From an uncultured Verrucomicrobiae bacterium (GTDB lineage: Bacteria > Verrucomicrobiota > Verrucomicrobiia > Limisphaerales > Palsa-1400), in contig OY969763.1 of assembly GCA_963702845.1 (NCBI GenBank), positions 5,792,001-5,856,000 of the forward strand: a stretch of 64,000 nucleotides of DNA, in the 5' to 3' direction. Numbering within the stretch: position 1 is the first letter of the stretch; each line of letters starts with the position of its first letter. The notes beneath the pieces were generated by a model. The model ran no database searches, was not told the origin of the DNA, and worked only from the letters and a program-made list of their open reading frames with translations. Below, piece after piece: positions 20,911 to 30,790 of the stretch. The position numbers and the translations under genes were made by a program.

Positions 20911-21052
20911 TAACGATTGTAGGAAGAGATGCAAAAGGCGTTCACCCTTTCGCAATTTCGGGGGCAGGTCATTAGATCGGCTGTGCTACGTTGTTTTCAC
21001 CTGATAAGCGTAGCTTACGGTAAAAGGGTGATGTTCTTTTCAGTCTAATGTC

Positions 21053-22564
21053 ATGAGCGCGAAACCTGTTCTCTTTAATAACACTGTGTTGCGGGATGGT
21101 CATCAATCGATGGCTGCTACGCGAATGTCCACTGCGCAGATGCTTCCCGCTGCGCCAATCCTCGACGAAATGGGCTTCCACGGGCTCGAAACCTGGGGCG
21201 GAGCCACCATCGATGCCTGTCTCCGCTATCTCGGCGAAAATCCGTTCGACCGGCTCCGCACGTTAAAACGCGTCGCGCCGAAAACGCCCCAATTGATGTT
21301 GTTGCGCGGACAAAATATCGTGCAGTACGCCAGTTTCTCGGACGACGTGGTCGAGGCGTTCGTTCGTTGCATGTGCAAAAACGGCATGGACATCATCCGT
21401 ATTTTTGACGCGCTGAATGATTTGCGAAATTTGCAAACCGCGATCAAATCGGTGAAGGCTTGCGGCAAACACGCGCGCGGCGAGCTTTGTTACACCATCA
21501 GCCCGGTGCACACGGTTGAGAACTTTGTCGCGATGGGCGTCGAGTTGGAAAAAATGGGGTGCGACTCGATCGGCATCAAAGACATGTCGGGCATTCTTTT
21601 GCCGCAGATTGCGCATCGGCTTGTCAAAGACTTGAAGCGAAAGGTGAAGGTTCCGATCACACTGCACACGCACGACACGGCAGGTGTCGGCGCGGCTTCT
21701 TATTTGGCTGCAATCGATGCCGGTGTGGATTGCGTGGAAGTTTCGATCGTGCCGTTCGCCAATGGGACTTCGCAGCCTGATACCGCGCGCATGTTGTCGC
21801 TATTGGAAGGGCATCCGCGTTGTCCAAAATTTGACATGGCGAAGCTGGCGCAGTTGCGCGCCTACTTCGAAGGCGTTTACAAAGAGCTTTCGCAATTCAC
21901 GAGTCCAGCCAACGAACGGGTCGACAGCGATATTCTGACTTATCAGGTGCCGGGCGGCATGCTCTCAAATTTCCGCAATCAGCTGAAAGAGCAGGGCATG
22001 ACCGACAAATTCGATGCGGTCTTGAAGGAAATTCCCGTGGTGCGCGAGGCGCTTGGTTGGATTCCGCTCGTCACGCCGACGTCCCAGATCGTCGGCACGC
22101 AAGCGATGATGAACGTGAAGTTCGGTCGCTGGAAAATGATTTGTCAACCCGCTCAGGACATTGTTCTCGGCAAATATGGCAAGCCACCCGGACCAATCGC
22201 GCCGGATGTGTTGGCGCAAGTCGAGAAACAATCGGGCAAGAAGCCGATGAAAGAACGTCCCGCGGATATACTCGAACCCGGCATGCCGAAATACCGCAAG
22301 CAATGCGCCGACAAAGGGCTGCCGACGGATGATGAAACTGTCGTGCTGTTCGCGATGTTCCCGCAGCAGGTCGAGGAGTTAGTTAAAGGCAAACCGGCCG
22401 GCGTGGCGAAACCCGTTGCTCCCGCTGCCGCCAAACCGGCAGCAAAACCAGTAGCGGCTGCGGCCGCTCCTGCATCGACCGCGACCACTAGTTCCAGCGT
22501 TGCGCGGCATATCTACGTCACGGTCGAAGGGACGCGCCACGACGTGACCGTCGAACAACTTTAA
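21053..22564 (+). CDS. Pyruvate/oxaloacetate carboxyltransferase (transcarboxylase 5S / OadA-like, no biotinyl domain)
   Basis: LRDGHQS..ATRM, E.WGGAT, MLLRGQN, IKDM.G, LHTH, QVPGGMLSN, PLVTPTSQIVG; Ala/Pro linker; no MKM motif. Confidence 0.9.
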   Translation: MSAKPVLFNNTVLRDGHQSMAATRMSTAQMLPAAPILDEMGFHGLETWGGATIDACLRYLGENPFDRLRTLKRVAPKTPQLMLLRGQNIVQYASFSDDVVEAFVRCMCKNGMDIIRIFDALNDLRNLQTAIKSVKACGKHARGELCYTISPVHTVENFVAMGVELEKMGCDSIGIKDMSGILLPQIAHRLVKDLKRKVKVPITLHTHDTAGVGAASYLAAIDAGVDCVEVSIVPFANGTSQPDTARMLSLLEGHPRCPKFDMAKLAQLRAYFEGVYKELSQFTSPANERVDSDILTYQVPGGMLSNFRNQLKEQGMTDKFDAVLKEIPVVREALGWIPLVTPTSQIVGTQAMMNVKFGRWKMICQPAQDIVLGKYGKPPGPIAPDVLAQVEKQSGKKPMKERPADILEPGMPKYRKQCADKGLPTDDETVVLFAMFPQQVEELVKGKPAGVAKPVAPAAAKPAAKPVAAAAAPASTATTSSSVARHIYVTVEGTRHDVTVEQL

Positions 22565-22577
22565 AAAAACGCTTTGT

Positions 22578-24725
22578 ATGAGTAATACAGCAACTAACGG
22601 ATTACTGTCGGAATTTCCGGCCGTGTCATATGAGGACTGGCGCAAGCTGGTTGAAGCTGAACTCAAAGGCGCGCCGTTCCTCAAGAAGATGTTCACCTCT
22701 ACGCCGGAAGGCATCACGCTCCGGCCGATCTATCGCCGCGATGACATCGCCGAAATGCCCCATGTCTATTCGATGCCCGGCTTCGCGCCTTTTGTGCGCG
22801 GCTCAAATGCGAGCGGGATGGTCGGGCGCCCGTGGAAAGTTTCGCAGGAACTGACCTTTTCAAGCCCAACCGAATTCAACCACGCCGCACGCAATTCAAT
22901 CAGCCGCGGCCTAAACGCCCTCAACATCGTGCTCGATAAAGCGACGCGCGATGGTAACGACCCGGATTGGGCGAAACCCGAAGACGTTGGTTTTGGCGGC
23001 CTGTCGATTGCGACGGTCAACGACCTCGATCGCGCTCTCGATGGAATTGATCTCGAGAAAACGTCTCTGCTGATTCGCTCCGGTGCGTCGGCCATGCCGA
23101 TCGCTGCGTTATTGGTCGCTCTCACCCGCAAACGAAAGAAAACGCTTACCGCACTACGCGGCTGTATTGAGATGGACCCGCTCGGCGTGTTATCGCACGA
23201 AGGCAAACTGCCGCAATCCATGCAAGGCGCTTACGATGAAATGGCGGCGTTGACGCAATGGTCCGCCGAACGCGCGCCACATTTGCAGACAATGTGCGTG
23301 CATGGCCGTGCCTGGCATGAGTCGGGCGCGAGCGCGGTGCAGGAGTTGGCGTTCGTTCTTGCGATGGGCGTTGAATACTTGCGCGAGATGAACAATCGCG
23401 GCCTCGACGTGAACGTCGTTGCCCCGCGAACGCGCTTCGCCATCACCGTTGGCGAGAACTTCTTCATGGAAATTGCCAAGCTGCGCGCCTTGCGAATGTT
23501 GTGGTCGCGCGCAGTGCAAACGCTTGGTGGCAGTCCCGAATCGCAACGGCTCAGCTTGCACGTGCGCACCTCCCTTTGGAACAAAACGACTCACGATCCC
23601 TACAACAATTTGCTGCGAACAACAGTCGAGGCGTTAGCTGGCGTGCTCGGCGGGTGCGACTCCATGCAGGTCGGCGCGTTCGACGAAGTCGTGCGACAAC
23701 CGGACGATTTCAGCCGCCGCATCGCACGTAACACTCAGCTTGTGTTGCAGCAGGAATGTCATCTTGAACACGTCATCGATCCGATTGGCGGCTCATGGTT
23801 CGTCGAGAATTTAACCGCCGAACTCGGCAAACTCGCCTGGGCGCTATTTCAGGAAGTCTGGAAAATGGGCGGCATGGAAGTGGCCTTGCGCGCCGGTTAT
23901 CCGCAAAAGGAAAGTCGCGAAAGTCGCGGCGGATAAGTTGAAAGCAGTCGACCAGTCGCAAGGCTTCGATCGTTGGCGTCAATCAATACGCCAATCCAAA
24001 AGAAAAACCGCTCGATCGGCCTCCACTTGGATCCGAACGTTTTCTACAAACGCCGCGTCAATCAAGTGATCGCCCATCGCACTTCGATGGAAACAGATTC
24101 CAGCGAAGTCGTGCTGGAGAAATTGACTGCCGTGGTGGAGAAGCGTGGAGCGCTGCGATTCGAGGCCTGCCTCGAAGCTGTCATTGCAGGTGCGACCATC
24201 GGTGAAATCACACGCGCTTTGCGGATTCACGAAAGCCCGTGCCAACCGATTACCCCCGTTTGCATTACGCGCGCAGCGGCCTCTTACGAAAAGCTACGAG
24301 AGGAGATGGATGCCTATACCGCTCGCGCAGGTTGCCCGGCGCAGGTCTTCCTCTGCAACATGGGCTCGCTCAAAGAGCACAAGGCGCGTGCCGATTTTTC
24401 GCGCGGGTTCTTTTCTGCCGGCGGATACGACGTGGTTTCGCCTAATGGGTTTTCCAACGCGACCGATGCCGCCAACGCATTTGCAGAAACAGCGGCACGC
24501 ATCGCGGTGATTTGTTCAACCGACGACAAATATCCAGCGCTTGTTCCCGACATTGTTAAAGCGCTACGCGCAAAGCGGCCCGATGTTTTTGTCGTGCTTG
24601 CTGGTTATCCGCAAGACCAGGTCGCAGCGCACAAGGCCGCTGACGTGAACGAATTTATTCACCTTCGCTGCGACGCCGTCGCAGTGCTCAAAAAGTGTCA
24701 TAAAGAAGCAGGAGTTGAGCGATGA
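22578..24725 (+). CDS. mutA: Methylmalonyl-CoA mutase small (non-catalytic) subunit, interrupted by three 1-bp insertions at 23911-24030
   Basis: [46 protein letters not shown]-terminal part HKARADF, ICSTD..Y, LAGYP. The two ORFs are in the same frame and [12 protein letters not shown] is readable in a shifted frame between them. Confidence 0.88.
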
Positions 24726-26899
24726 AACCGTTTCCAAATTTTGCTGAAATAGCGTTTGAAGTGCCGCCAGTCCACGCCTCGTGGGGCGATTGGCAGGTGA
24801 AGTTTGAAGAAGAGACCGGCAAATCGCTTGATCAATGGGTGTTCAAAACCCTCGAGCAACTCGATTTAAAAGCCCTCTACACCGCCGACGATTATCGCGG
24901 CTGCGAGCACTTGGACAGCATGCCCGGCATCGCGCCCTATGTGCGCGGCCCGTATGGCTCGATGTATCGCTCACGGCCATGGACCGTCCGGCAATACGCC
25001 GGGTTCTCCACCGCGGAAGAAAGCAACGCATTTTACCGGCGCAACATCGCCGCCGGTCAACAGGGCTTGTCCGTCGCGTTCGATTTGCCCACCCATCGCG
25101 GCTATGACTCCGATCATCCGCGCGCGTTTGCCGATGTTGGCAAAGCCGGTGTCGCAGTCGATTCAATCGCGGATATGAAACTCCTCTTCGACAGCATTCC
25201 GCTCGATCGCATTTCCGTTTCCATGACGATGAACGGCGCAGTCCTGCCGATCATGGCGTTTTATATCGTCGCGGCAGAAGAGCAGGGTGTGAAACCGGAA
25301 TTGCTCTCCGGCACGATCCAAAACGACATCCTCAAAGAATATATGGTGCGCAACACCTATATATATCCACCGTTGCCGTCGATGCGGATTGTCGCTGACA
25401 TCTTCAAATTCACTTCGCAGCACATGCCGAAGTTCAATTCGATTTCCATTTCTGGTTATCACATGCAGGAAGCCGGTGCACCGGCCGATTTGGAAATGGC
25501 TTACACGCTCGCCGACGGCTTGGAATATGTGCGCACCGGTATCAAAGCCGGCATCGACATCGACGCCTTTGCGCCGCGACTTTCATTCTTTTGGGCCCAA
25601 GGCAAAAACTTCTTCATGGAAGTCGCGAAAATGCGCGCCGCCCGAGCGCTGTGGGCGAAGTTGATCAAACAATTCAATCCGAAGAATCCAAAATCGATGG
25701 CGTTGCGCACGCACTCGCAAACGTCCGGTTGGACCCTCACCGAACAAGACCCGTTCAACAATGTCACGCGCACCTGCATCGAAGCCATGGCTGCGGCCCT
25801 GGGTCACACGCAATCCTTGCACACCAACTCGCTCGACGAAGCCATCGCGTTGCCGACCGATTTCTCCGCGCGCATCGCCCGCAACACGCAGTTGTTGCTC
25901 CAGGAAGAAACCGACATCTGTCACGTCATCGATCCGCTCGCCGGCTCGTTCTTTCTCGAAGCCTTGACCGACGCTTTGATGCGTCGTGCGTGGGCGCACA
26001 TTCAGGAAGTCGAAACGCTCGGGGGCATGGCTAAGGCCATCGAAACCGGCCTGCCCAAACTGCGCATCGAAGAAGCCGCGGCCCGTCGCCAGGCCTGGAT
26101 CGATTCCGGCAAAGAAACAATCATCGGCGTCAACAAGTTGCGCCTCGACAAGATGGAGCACTTGGATGTTCGCGAAGTCGATAACACGACCGTGCGCCAA
26201 TCGCAAATCGCGCGCTTGCAGCAGATCAAAAAAGATCGCGATAACGTGAAGGTGCACGGCGCGCTGGAAGCGATCACGCGTGCTGCCGAAAATGGCACTG
26301 GCAATCTGCTCGCGCTCGCTATCGAAGCGGCGCGGGCACGCGCAACCCTCGGTGAAATATCCTTTGCTATGGAAAAAGTTTTTTCACGGCACAAAGCCAC
26401 CATTCGTTCGGTGTCCGGCGTCTATGGCGCCGAATACGGCTCCAATCAACAAATCGAGCAGGTGCGTCAATTGGCCGACCAATTCGCCAAGCGCTACGGT
26501 CGCCGCCCGCGCATGCTCATCGCCAAGATGGGCCAGGACGGCCACGATCGCGGCGCTAAAGTCGTCGCGACCGCCTATGCCGATCTCGGCTTCGACGTCG
26601 ACATTGGCCCGTTATTCCAACAGCCGGATGAAGTCGCGCAAATGGCGGCAGAAAACGACGTCCACATTGTAGGCATCAGCTCGCTCGCAGGCGGTCACAA
26701 GACATTGCTCGTTCAGTTGGAGACGGAACTGAAGCGCATCGGCCGCGATGACATTCTCGTTGTCGTCGGTGGCGTCATTCCGCCGCAGGATTACGATTTC
26801 CTGAAACAGAACGGCGCCGTCGCCGTTTTCGGTCCCGGCACATTTATTCCCGATGCAGCGAAGCAGTTATTGACTGAACTGAACCAGCGTATCGGCTGA
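24722..26899 (+). CDS. scpA: Methylmalonyl-CoA mutase large subunit (B12-dependent)
   Basis: [38 protein letters not shown]12-binding [10 protein letters not shown]. Confidence 0.97.
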   Translation: MKPFPNFAEIAFEVPPVHASWGDWQVKFEEETGKSLDQWVFKTLEQLDLKALYTADDYRGCEHLDSMPGIAPYVRGPYGSMYRSRPWTVRQYAGFSTAEESNAFYRRNIAAGQQGLSVAFDLPTHRGYDSDHPRAFADVGKAGVAVDSIADMKLLFDSIPLDRISVSMTMNGAVLPIMAFYIVAAEEQGVKPELLSGTIQNDILKEYMVRNTYIYPPLPSMRIVADIFKFTSQHMPKFNSISISGYHMQEAGAPADLEMAYTLADGLEYVRTGIKAGIDIDAFAPRLSFFWAQGKNFFMEVAKMRAARALWAKLIKQFNPKNPKSMALRTHSQTSGWTLTEQDPFNNVTRTCIEAMAAALGHTQSLHTNSLDEAIALPTDFSARIARNTQLLLQEETDICHVIDPLAGSFFLEALTDALMRRAWAHIQEVETLGGMAKAIETGLPKLRIEEAAARRQAWIDSGKETIIGVNKLRLDKMEHLDVREVDNTTVRQSQIARLQQIKKDRDNVKVHGALEAITRAAENGTGNLLALAIEAARARATLGEISFAMEKVFSRHKATIRSVSGVYGAEYGSNQQIEQVRQLADQFAKRYGRRPRMLIAKMGQDGHDRGAKVVATAYADLGFDVDIGPLFQQPDEVAQMAAENDVHIVGISSLAGGHKTLLVQLETELKRIGRDDILVVVGGVIPPQDYDFLKQNGAVAVFGPGTFIPDAAKQLLTELNQRIG

Positions 26900-26930
26900 A
26901 GTTCTCGGTTCCTGTTTTTGAGAGGGCCCA

Positions 26931-27971
26931 TTGAATACGTTGAGCAGTGAAACCAGACCAACGCCGGGCAACAACCCGGCGCCTCGCACTGCTTTGACTG
27001 TCGACGATTACGTGAAGGGCGTGCTCGCCGGAAACCGCACCATTCTTGCCCGCGCGATCACCTTGCTCGAAAGCAGTTCCACACTGCACGAACCATTGGC
27101 GCAGGATATGTTGCGTCGCGTCCTCCCGGAATCGGGAAAAGCAAAGCGAATCGGCATCACCGGCGTCCCCGGAGTTGGTAAGAGCACCTTCATCGAATCG
27201 TTTGGTTCCATGCTCGCAGGCAAGGGACACAAGCTCGCGGTCCTTACGATTGATCCCAGCAGCAGTCGTTCCGGCGGCAGCATCCTAGGCGACAAAACGC
27301 GCATGCAGAAACTCAGTCGCGAACCAAACGCCTTCATTCGTCCATCGCCCGCCGGCCACAACCTCGGTGGCGTCGCCCGCCGCACGCGCGAAGCGATGCT
27401 GCTGTGCGAAGCTGCGGGATTCGACATTGTCTTGGTTGAAACCGTCGGCGTAGGCCAAGGCGAAACGGCGCTCCGCTCCATGGTCGACTTTTTCCTTTTG
27501 CTCCAACTCCCCGGCGCCGGCGACGAACTCCAGGCGATGAAAAAAGGCATCATCGAAATGGCCGACCTGATTCTCGTCAACAAAGCTGATGGCGACAATC
27601 GCTCGCGCGCGGAGCTGGCCCGTGCCGAACAGGAGATAATGGCTCACTACCTTGAATCCGCCACGCCCGAGTGGAAAACCCAGATTGCCTTGAGCTCCAG
27701 CCTGACCGGCGACGGTATTCCGCAGGCCTGGGAAACCATCGAAAAATTTTACCGGGAGCTCGAGCCTAAAGGCGTCATCGCCCGCCGTCGCCAACAACAG
27801 TCGATTGACTGGTTGGCAGACTTGATTACCGATGAATTGCATAGGAGGTTCTATCAGCATCCGGCGGTTGCCGAGCAACTCGCCACCGTAAAAGGCGAAC
27901 TGTTGCGCGGCGAATTGACCGCGATGCAAGGCGCAAAAAAACTATTGTCCGCGTTTAGCGGAGAAAAATAA
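26931..27971 (+). CDS. meaB: Methylmalonyl-CoA mutase-associated GTPase MeaB
   Basis: GITGVPGVGKST, DPSS..SGGSILGDKTRM, ETVGVGQ, GDELQ..KKG, NKAD. Confidence 0.96.
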   Translation: MNTLSSETRPTPGNNPAPRTALTVDDYVKGVLAGNRTILARAITLLESSSTLHEPLAQDMLRRVLPESGKAKRIGITGVPGVGKSTFIESFGSMLAGKGHKLAVLTIDPSSSRSGGSILGDKTRMQKLSREPNAFIRPSPAGHNLGGVARRTREAMLLCEAAGFDIVLVETVGVGQGETALRSMVDFFLLLQLPGAGDELQAMKKGIIEMADLILVNKADGDNRSRAELARAEQEIMAHYLESATPEWKTQIALSSSLTGDGIPQAWETIEKFYRELEPKGVIARRRQQQSIDWLADLITDELHRRFYQHPAVAEQLATVKGELLRGELTAMQGAKKLLSAFSGEK

Positions 27972-27975
27972 TTTT

Positions 27976-28392
27976 ATGCTCAAGAAAATCGATCATCTCG
28001 GCATTGCTGTTAAATCCTTGGACGAATCGATCCCGTACTATGAAAAGGCGCTGGGATTGAAATGCGAACATCGCGAAGAAGTGTCGTCCCAAAAAGTGCG
28101 CACCGCTTTTTTCCAATGTGGTGAAGTGCATCTCGAATTGCTCGAGCCGACTTCGCCGGAAAGCCCGATCGCGAAATTCCTGGAAAAAAATCCCAGCGGT
28201 GGCATTCATCACATTGCCTTCGCCACTGACGATATCAACGGCCAACTCAAGCAGGCCTCCGGTGCGGGAGTAAAACTAATCCACGAACAACCCTTCGAAG
28301 GCGCAGCCGACAAGCTCGTTGCGTTTCTTCACCCCAAATCGACCTTCGGTGTCTTGACCGAATTTTGTGCGCCCAAGTCCAACAACCACTAG
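27976..28392 (+). CDS. mce: Methylmalonyl-CoA epimerase
   Basis: IDHLGIAV, ELLEP...SPI.KFL, GIHHIAF, FLHPK...GVL.E. Confidence 0.95.
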   Translation: MLKKIDHLGIAVKSLDESIPYYEKALGLKCEHREEVSSQKVRTAFFQCGEVHLELLEPTSPESPIAKFLEKNPSGGIHHIAFATDDINGQLKQASGAGVKLIHEQPFEGAADKLVAFLHPKSTFGVLTEFCAPKSNNH

Positions 28393-28402
28393 GGACACGA
28401 TT

Positions 28403-29956
28403 ATGGCCATACCCAAAGCAGCATTGGATGATTTACAAAAGCGCCGCGAGTCCGCACGGGCGGGCGGTGGTGAAGACAAATTGCAGGCCCGCCGCGCCAA
28501 AGGCGTGATGACCGCTCGCGATCGTCTGGAGAAGCTTTTCCAATCCGGCACGTTCCAGGAATGGGGCCTCCATGCCAACCATGATTGTCATAACTTCGGC
28601 ATGGAAACCAAGAGCTTGCCCGGCGACGGCGTCGTGACCGGAACCGGCATGATCGATGGACGTTTGGTGGCCGCCTTCAGCCAGGATTTTACCGTCAGCG
28701 GTGGATCGCTCGGCCGCATTCACGCGAAAAAAATCTGCGACCTGATGGATTATGCTTTGAAGGTCGGTTGCCCCGTGCTCGGTTTCAACGACTCCGGTGG
28801 CGCGCGCATTCAGGAAGGCGACAACTCCCTTTCCGGTTACGGACAGGTCTTCTTCCGAAACGTTCTCGTTTCCGGTGTGGTGCCCCAGATTGCCGTCGTG
28901 GCCGGCCCATGCGCCGGCGGCGCAGCCTATTCACCAGCCCTGATGGACTTCATCATCATGGTCAAAGGTTCGTCGAACATGTTCATTTGCGGCCCCGACG
29001 TCATTCAAGCCGTCACCGGTCAAAAATGTACCATGGATGAAATCGGCAGTCCGCTCACCAACGCTTCCGTGAGCGGCAACGTCCAATTCGTCGCCGAGAA
29101 CGATCAGCACGCCATCGACATCGCGCGCAAACTCTTGTCCTTTATTCCTGCGAACAACCTGCTCGATCCACCGCATCGGCCGGTTCAACAACTCGATTTG
29201 TCCCACGATCCGGAATTGGGCAACTTGATTCCGGAATCCGCTAAAGACCCGCTCGACGTGAAAAAAATCATCGCGCGGTTAGTCGACAACGCCGACTTCC
29301 TCGAAGTCTACGAAATGTGGGCGCAGAACCTCGTCACTGGTTTCGCGCGCATTCAAGGCATCGTGGTCGGCATCATCGCGAACAATCCGTCGGTTAAAGC
29401 GGGCACGCTCGATATCGATTCGTCCGACAAAGGCGCGCGTTTCATTCGTTTTTGTAACGTGTTTAACATCCCGCTGCTCACCCTCGTCGACGTCCCCGGC
29501 TTCATGCCGGGCGTGCAACAGGAACGCGGCGGCATCATCCGTCACGGCGCAAAAATGCTCTTCGCCTACGCATCTGCCACGGTTCCGAAGCTGACGTTGA
29601 TAATGCGCAAAGCCTACGGCGGCGCGTATCTGGCCATGTGCAGCCCCGACATGGGCGCGGACTTCGTCTTCGCCTGGCCCACCGCTGAAATCGCAGTCAT
29701 GGGAGCCGAGGGCGCGGTCAAAATTTTGTTCAAACGCGAAATCGCTGCGGCGTCCGATCCCAAAGCCAAAGAAAAAGAACTCGTCGCCGACTATCGCGAA
29801 AAATTCTGTTCACCCTACGAAGCCGCCAAAAGCGCGATGATTACCGACGTGATCAGTCCCGCCGAGACGCGCGCCGCGTTGTCATTGGCGCTGCGCAATT
29901 CGCTGACCAAACGCGAAACGCGCCCGCCGAAGAAACACGGCACCATCCCTCTCTAA
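28403..29956 (+). CDS. Acyl-CoA carboxyltransferase beta subunit (transcarboxylase 12S / PccB / MmdA family)
   Basis: DGVVTG.G, QDFTV.GGSLG, DSGGARIQEG, GPCAGGAAY, DVPGF.PG..QE, RKAYGGAY, KKHG.IPL; start placed at MAIPK. Confidence 0.93.
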   Translation: MAIPKAALDDLQKRRESARAGGGEDKLQARRAKGVMTARDRLEKLFQSGTFQEWGLHANHDCHNFGMETKSLPGDGVVTGTGMIDGRLVAAFSQDFTVSGGSLGRIHAKKICDLMDYALKVGCPVLGFNDSGGARIQEGDNSLSGYGQVFFRNVLVSGVVPQIAVVAGPCAGGAAYSPALMDFIIMVKGSSNMFICGPDVIQAVTGQKCTMDEIGSPLTNASVSGNVQFVAENDQHAIDIARKLLSFIPANNLLDPPHRPVQQLDLSHDPELGNLIPESAKDPLDVKKIIARLVDNADFLEVYEMWAQNLVTGFARIQGIVVGIIANNPSVKAGTLDIDSSDKGARFIRFCNVFNIPLLTLVDVPGFMPGVQQERGGIIRHGAKMLFAYASATVPKLTLIMRKAYGGAYLAMCSPDMGADFVFAWPTAEIAVMGAEGAVKILFKREIAAASDPKAKEKELVADYREKFCSPYEAAKSAMITDVISPAETRAALSLALRNSLTKRETRPPKKHGTIPL

Positions 29957-29959
29957 CCT

Positions 29960-30358
29960 ATGGCCACCGACCAAACACCAAACGCCAACGCGCCCGAGTT
30001 CGGAGCCGTCGAGACGAACCTCGGCCAGGCTCTCGTTCTGTTGCAACGCGTCTTGCCGCGACTCGACGATCCGAGGCGTGCAACCGATGTGCAGAATGCG
30101 TTGAAACGCGCTGCCGCGTGCGTCGAAACTGCGCGGGACGCGCACAGGAAATTCTTCGAAACCCAGCTCGGTGTTGGCGTTGGTGCAGGCGTTCCGCCGG
30201 AAATCGTCGCCGTCATAGCCGCCGCGATTGCAGTCACATTAGGTGGCCGCGCCCATCGCGTTATGTCAGTTCAACCGGTTCAACCTTCCAGCCCATACAT
30301 GAACATTTGGGCAGTGGAAGGGCGCACCGAAATTTTCCATTCCCACAGACTTCGCTAA
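29960..30358 (+). CDS. Small accessory subunit of the biotin-dependent complex (OadG/MmdD/epsilon-like C-terminal motif)
   Basis: P.E.VAVIAAAIA...W...GR motif; located between the carboxyltransferase and BCCP genes. Confidence 0.55.
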   Translation: MATDQTPNANAPEFGAVETNLGQALVLLQRVLPRLDDPRRATDVQNALKRAAACVETARDAHRKFFETQLGVGVGAGVPPEIVAVIAAAIAVTLGGRAHRVMSVQPVQPSSPYMNIWAVEGRTEIFHSHRLR

Positions 30359-30379
30359 CCACCTTGATACGAAAAAACC

Positions 30380-30790
30380 ATGATCAAAAAACTTCGCGTC
30401 ACCGTTGATGGCAAACCCTACGAGGTAACCGTCGAGCTTTCGGACGAACCTGAATCAACGTCATCCGCACCGCCGCCAGTCGCCGCGCCGCCTCCGGTCA
30501 TTGCCACGCCCGCACCAAAACCTGCCGCTCCACCGCCCGCGCCTGCACCAACCGCTGCAGCTCCAGGCGTCGCTGGCCCGGGTTCCGTCGTTAGTCCGTT
30601 AGCCGGACTGGTTGTGCAAATCGGCGTGACGATCGGTCAACAGGTCAGCGAGGGCGACCGCGTGCTCACATTGGAAGCCATGAAAATGAACACGGGCGTG
30701 AACGCGCCGAAGTCAGGCAAAGTGACAGAAATCAAAGTCGCCGTCGGTGACGCGGTCAGCGAGGGCCAGGTATTAGCCGTCATCTCATGA
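30380..30790 (+). CDS. Biotin carboxyl carrier protein (transcarboxylase 1.3S-like)
   Basis: LRVTVDGK.YEV.VE N-terminus, Pro/Ala linker, SPLAG, LEAMKM biotinylation site. Confidence 0.93.
   Translation: MIKKLRVTVDGKPYEVTVELSDEPESTSSAPPPVAAPPPVIATPAPKPAAPPPAPAPTAAAPGVAGPGSVVSPLAGLVVQIGVTIGQQVSEGDRVLTLEAMKMNTGVNAPKSGKVTEIKVAVGDAVSEGQVLAVIS

Noticed and set aside
20890..21052. Cobalamin riboswitch before the B12-dependent mutase operon
   Set aside because: I could not find the B12-box or other conserved core motifs; kept only as an unidentified structured-leader candidate.
23905..24030. Programmed frameshift, stop readthrough or a naturally split mutase small subunit
   Set aside because: Restoring conserved sequence needs three separate +1 corrections within about 120 bp, which fits sequencing error better than recoding.
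21053..30790. Na+-pumping oxaloacetate or methylmalonyl-CoA decarboxylase, or propionyl-CoA carboxylase
   Set aside because: No membrane beta subunit and no biotin carboxylase in the operon, and the small subunit lacks an N-terminal TM anchor.
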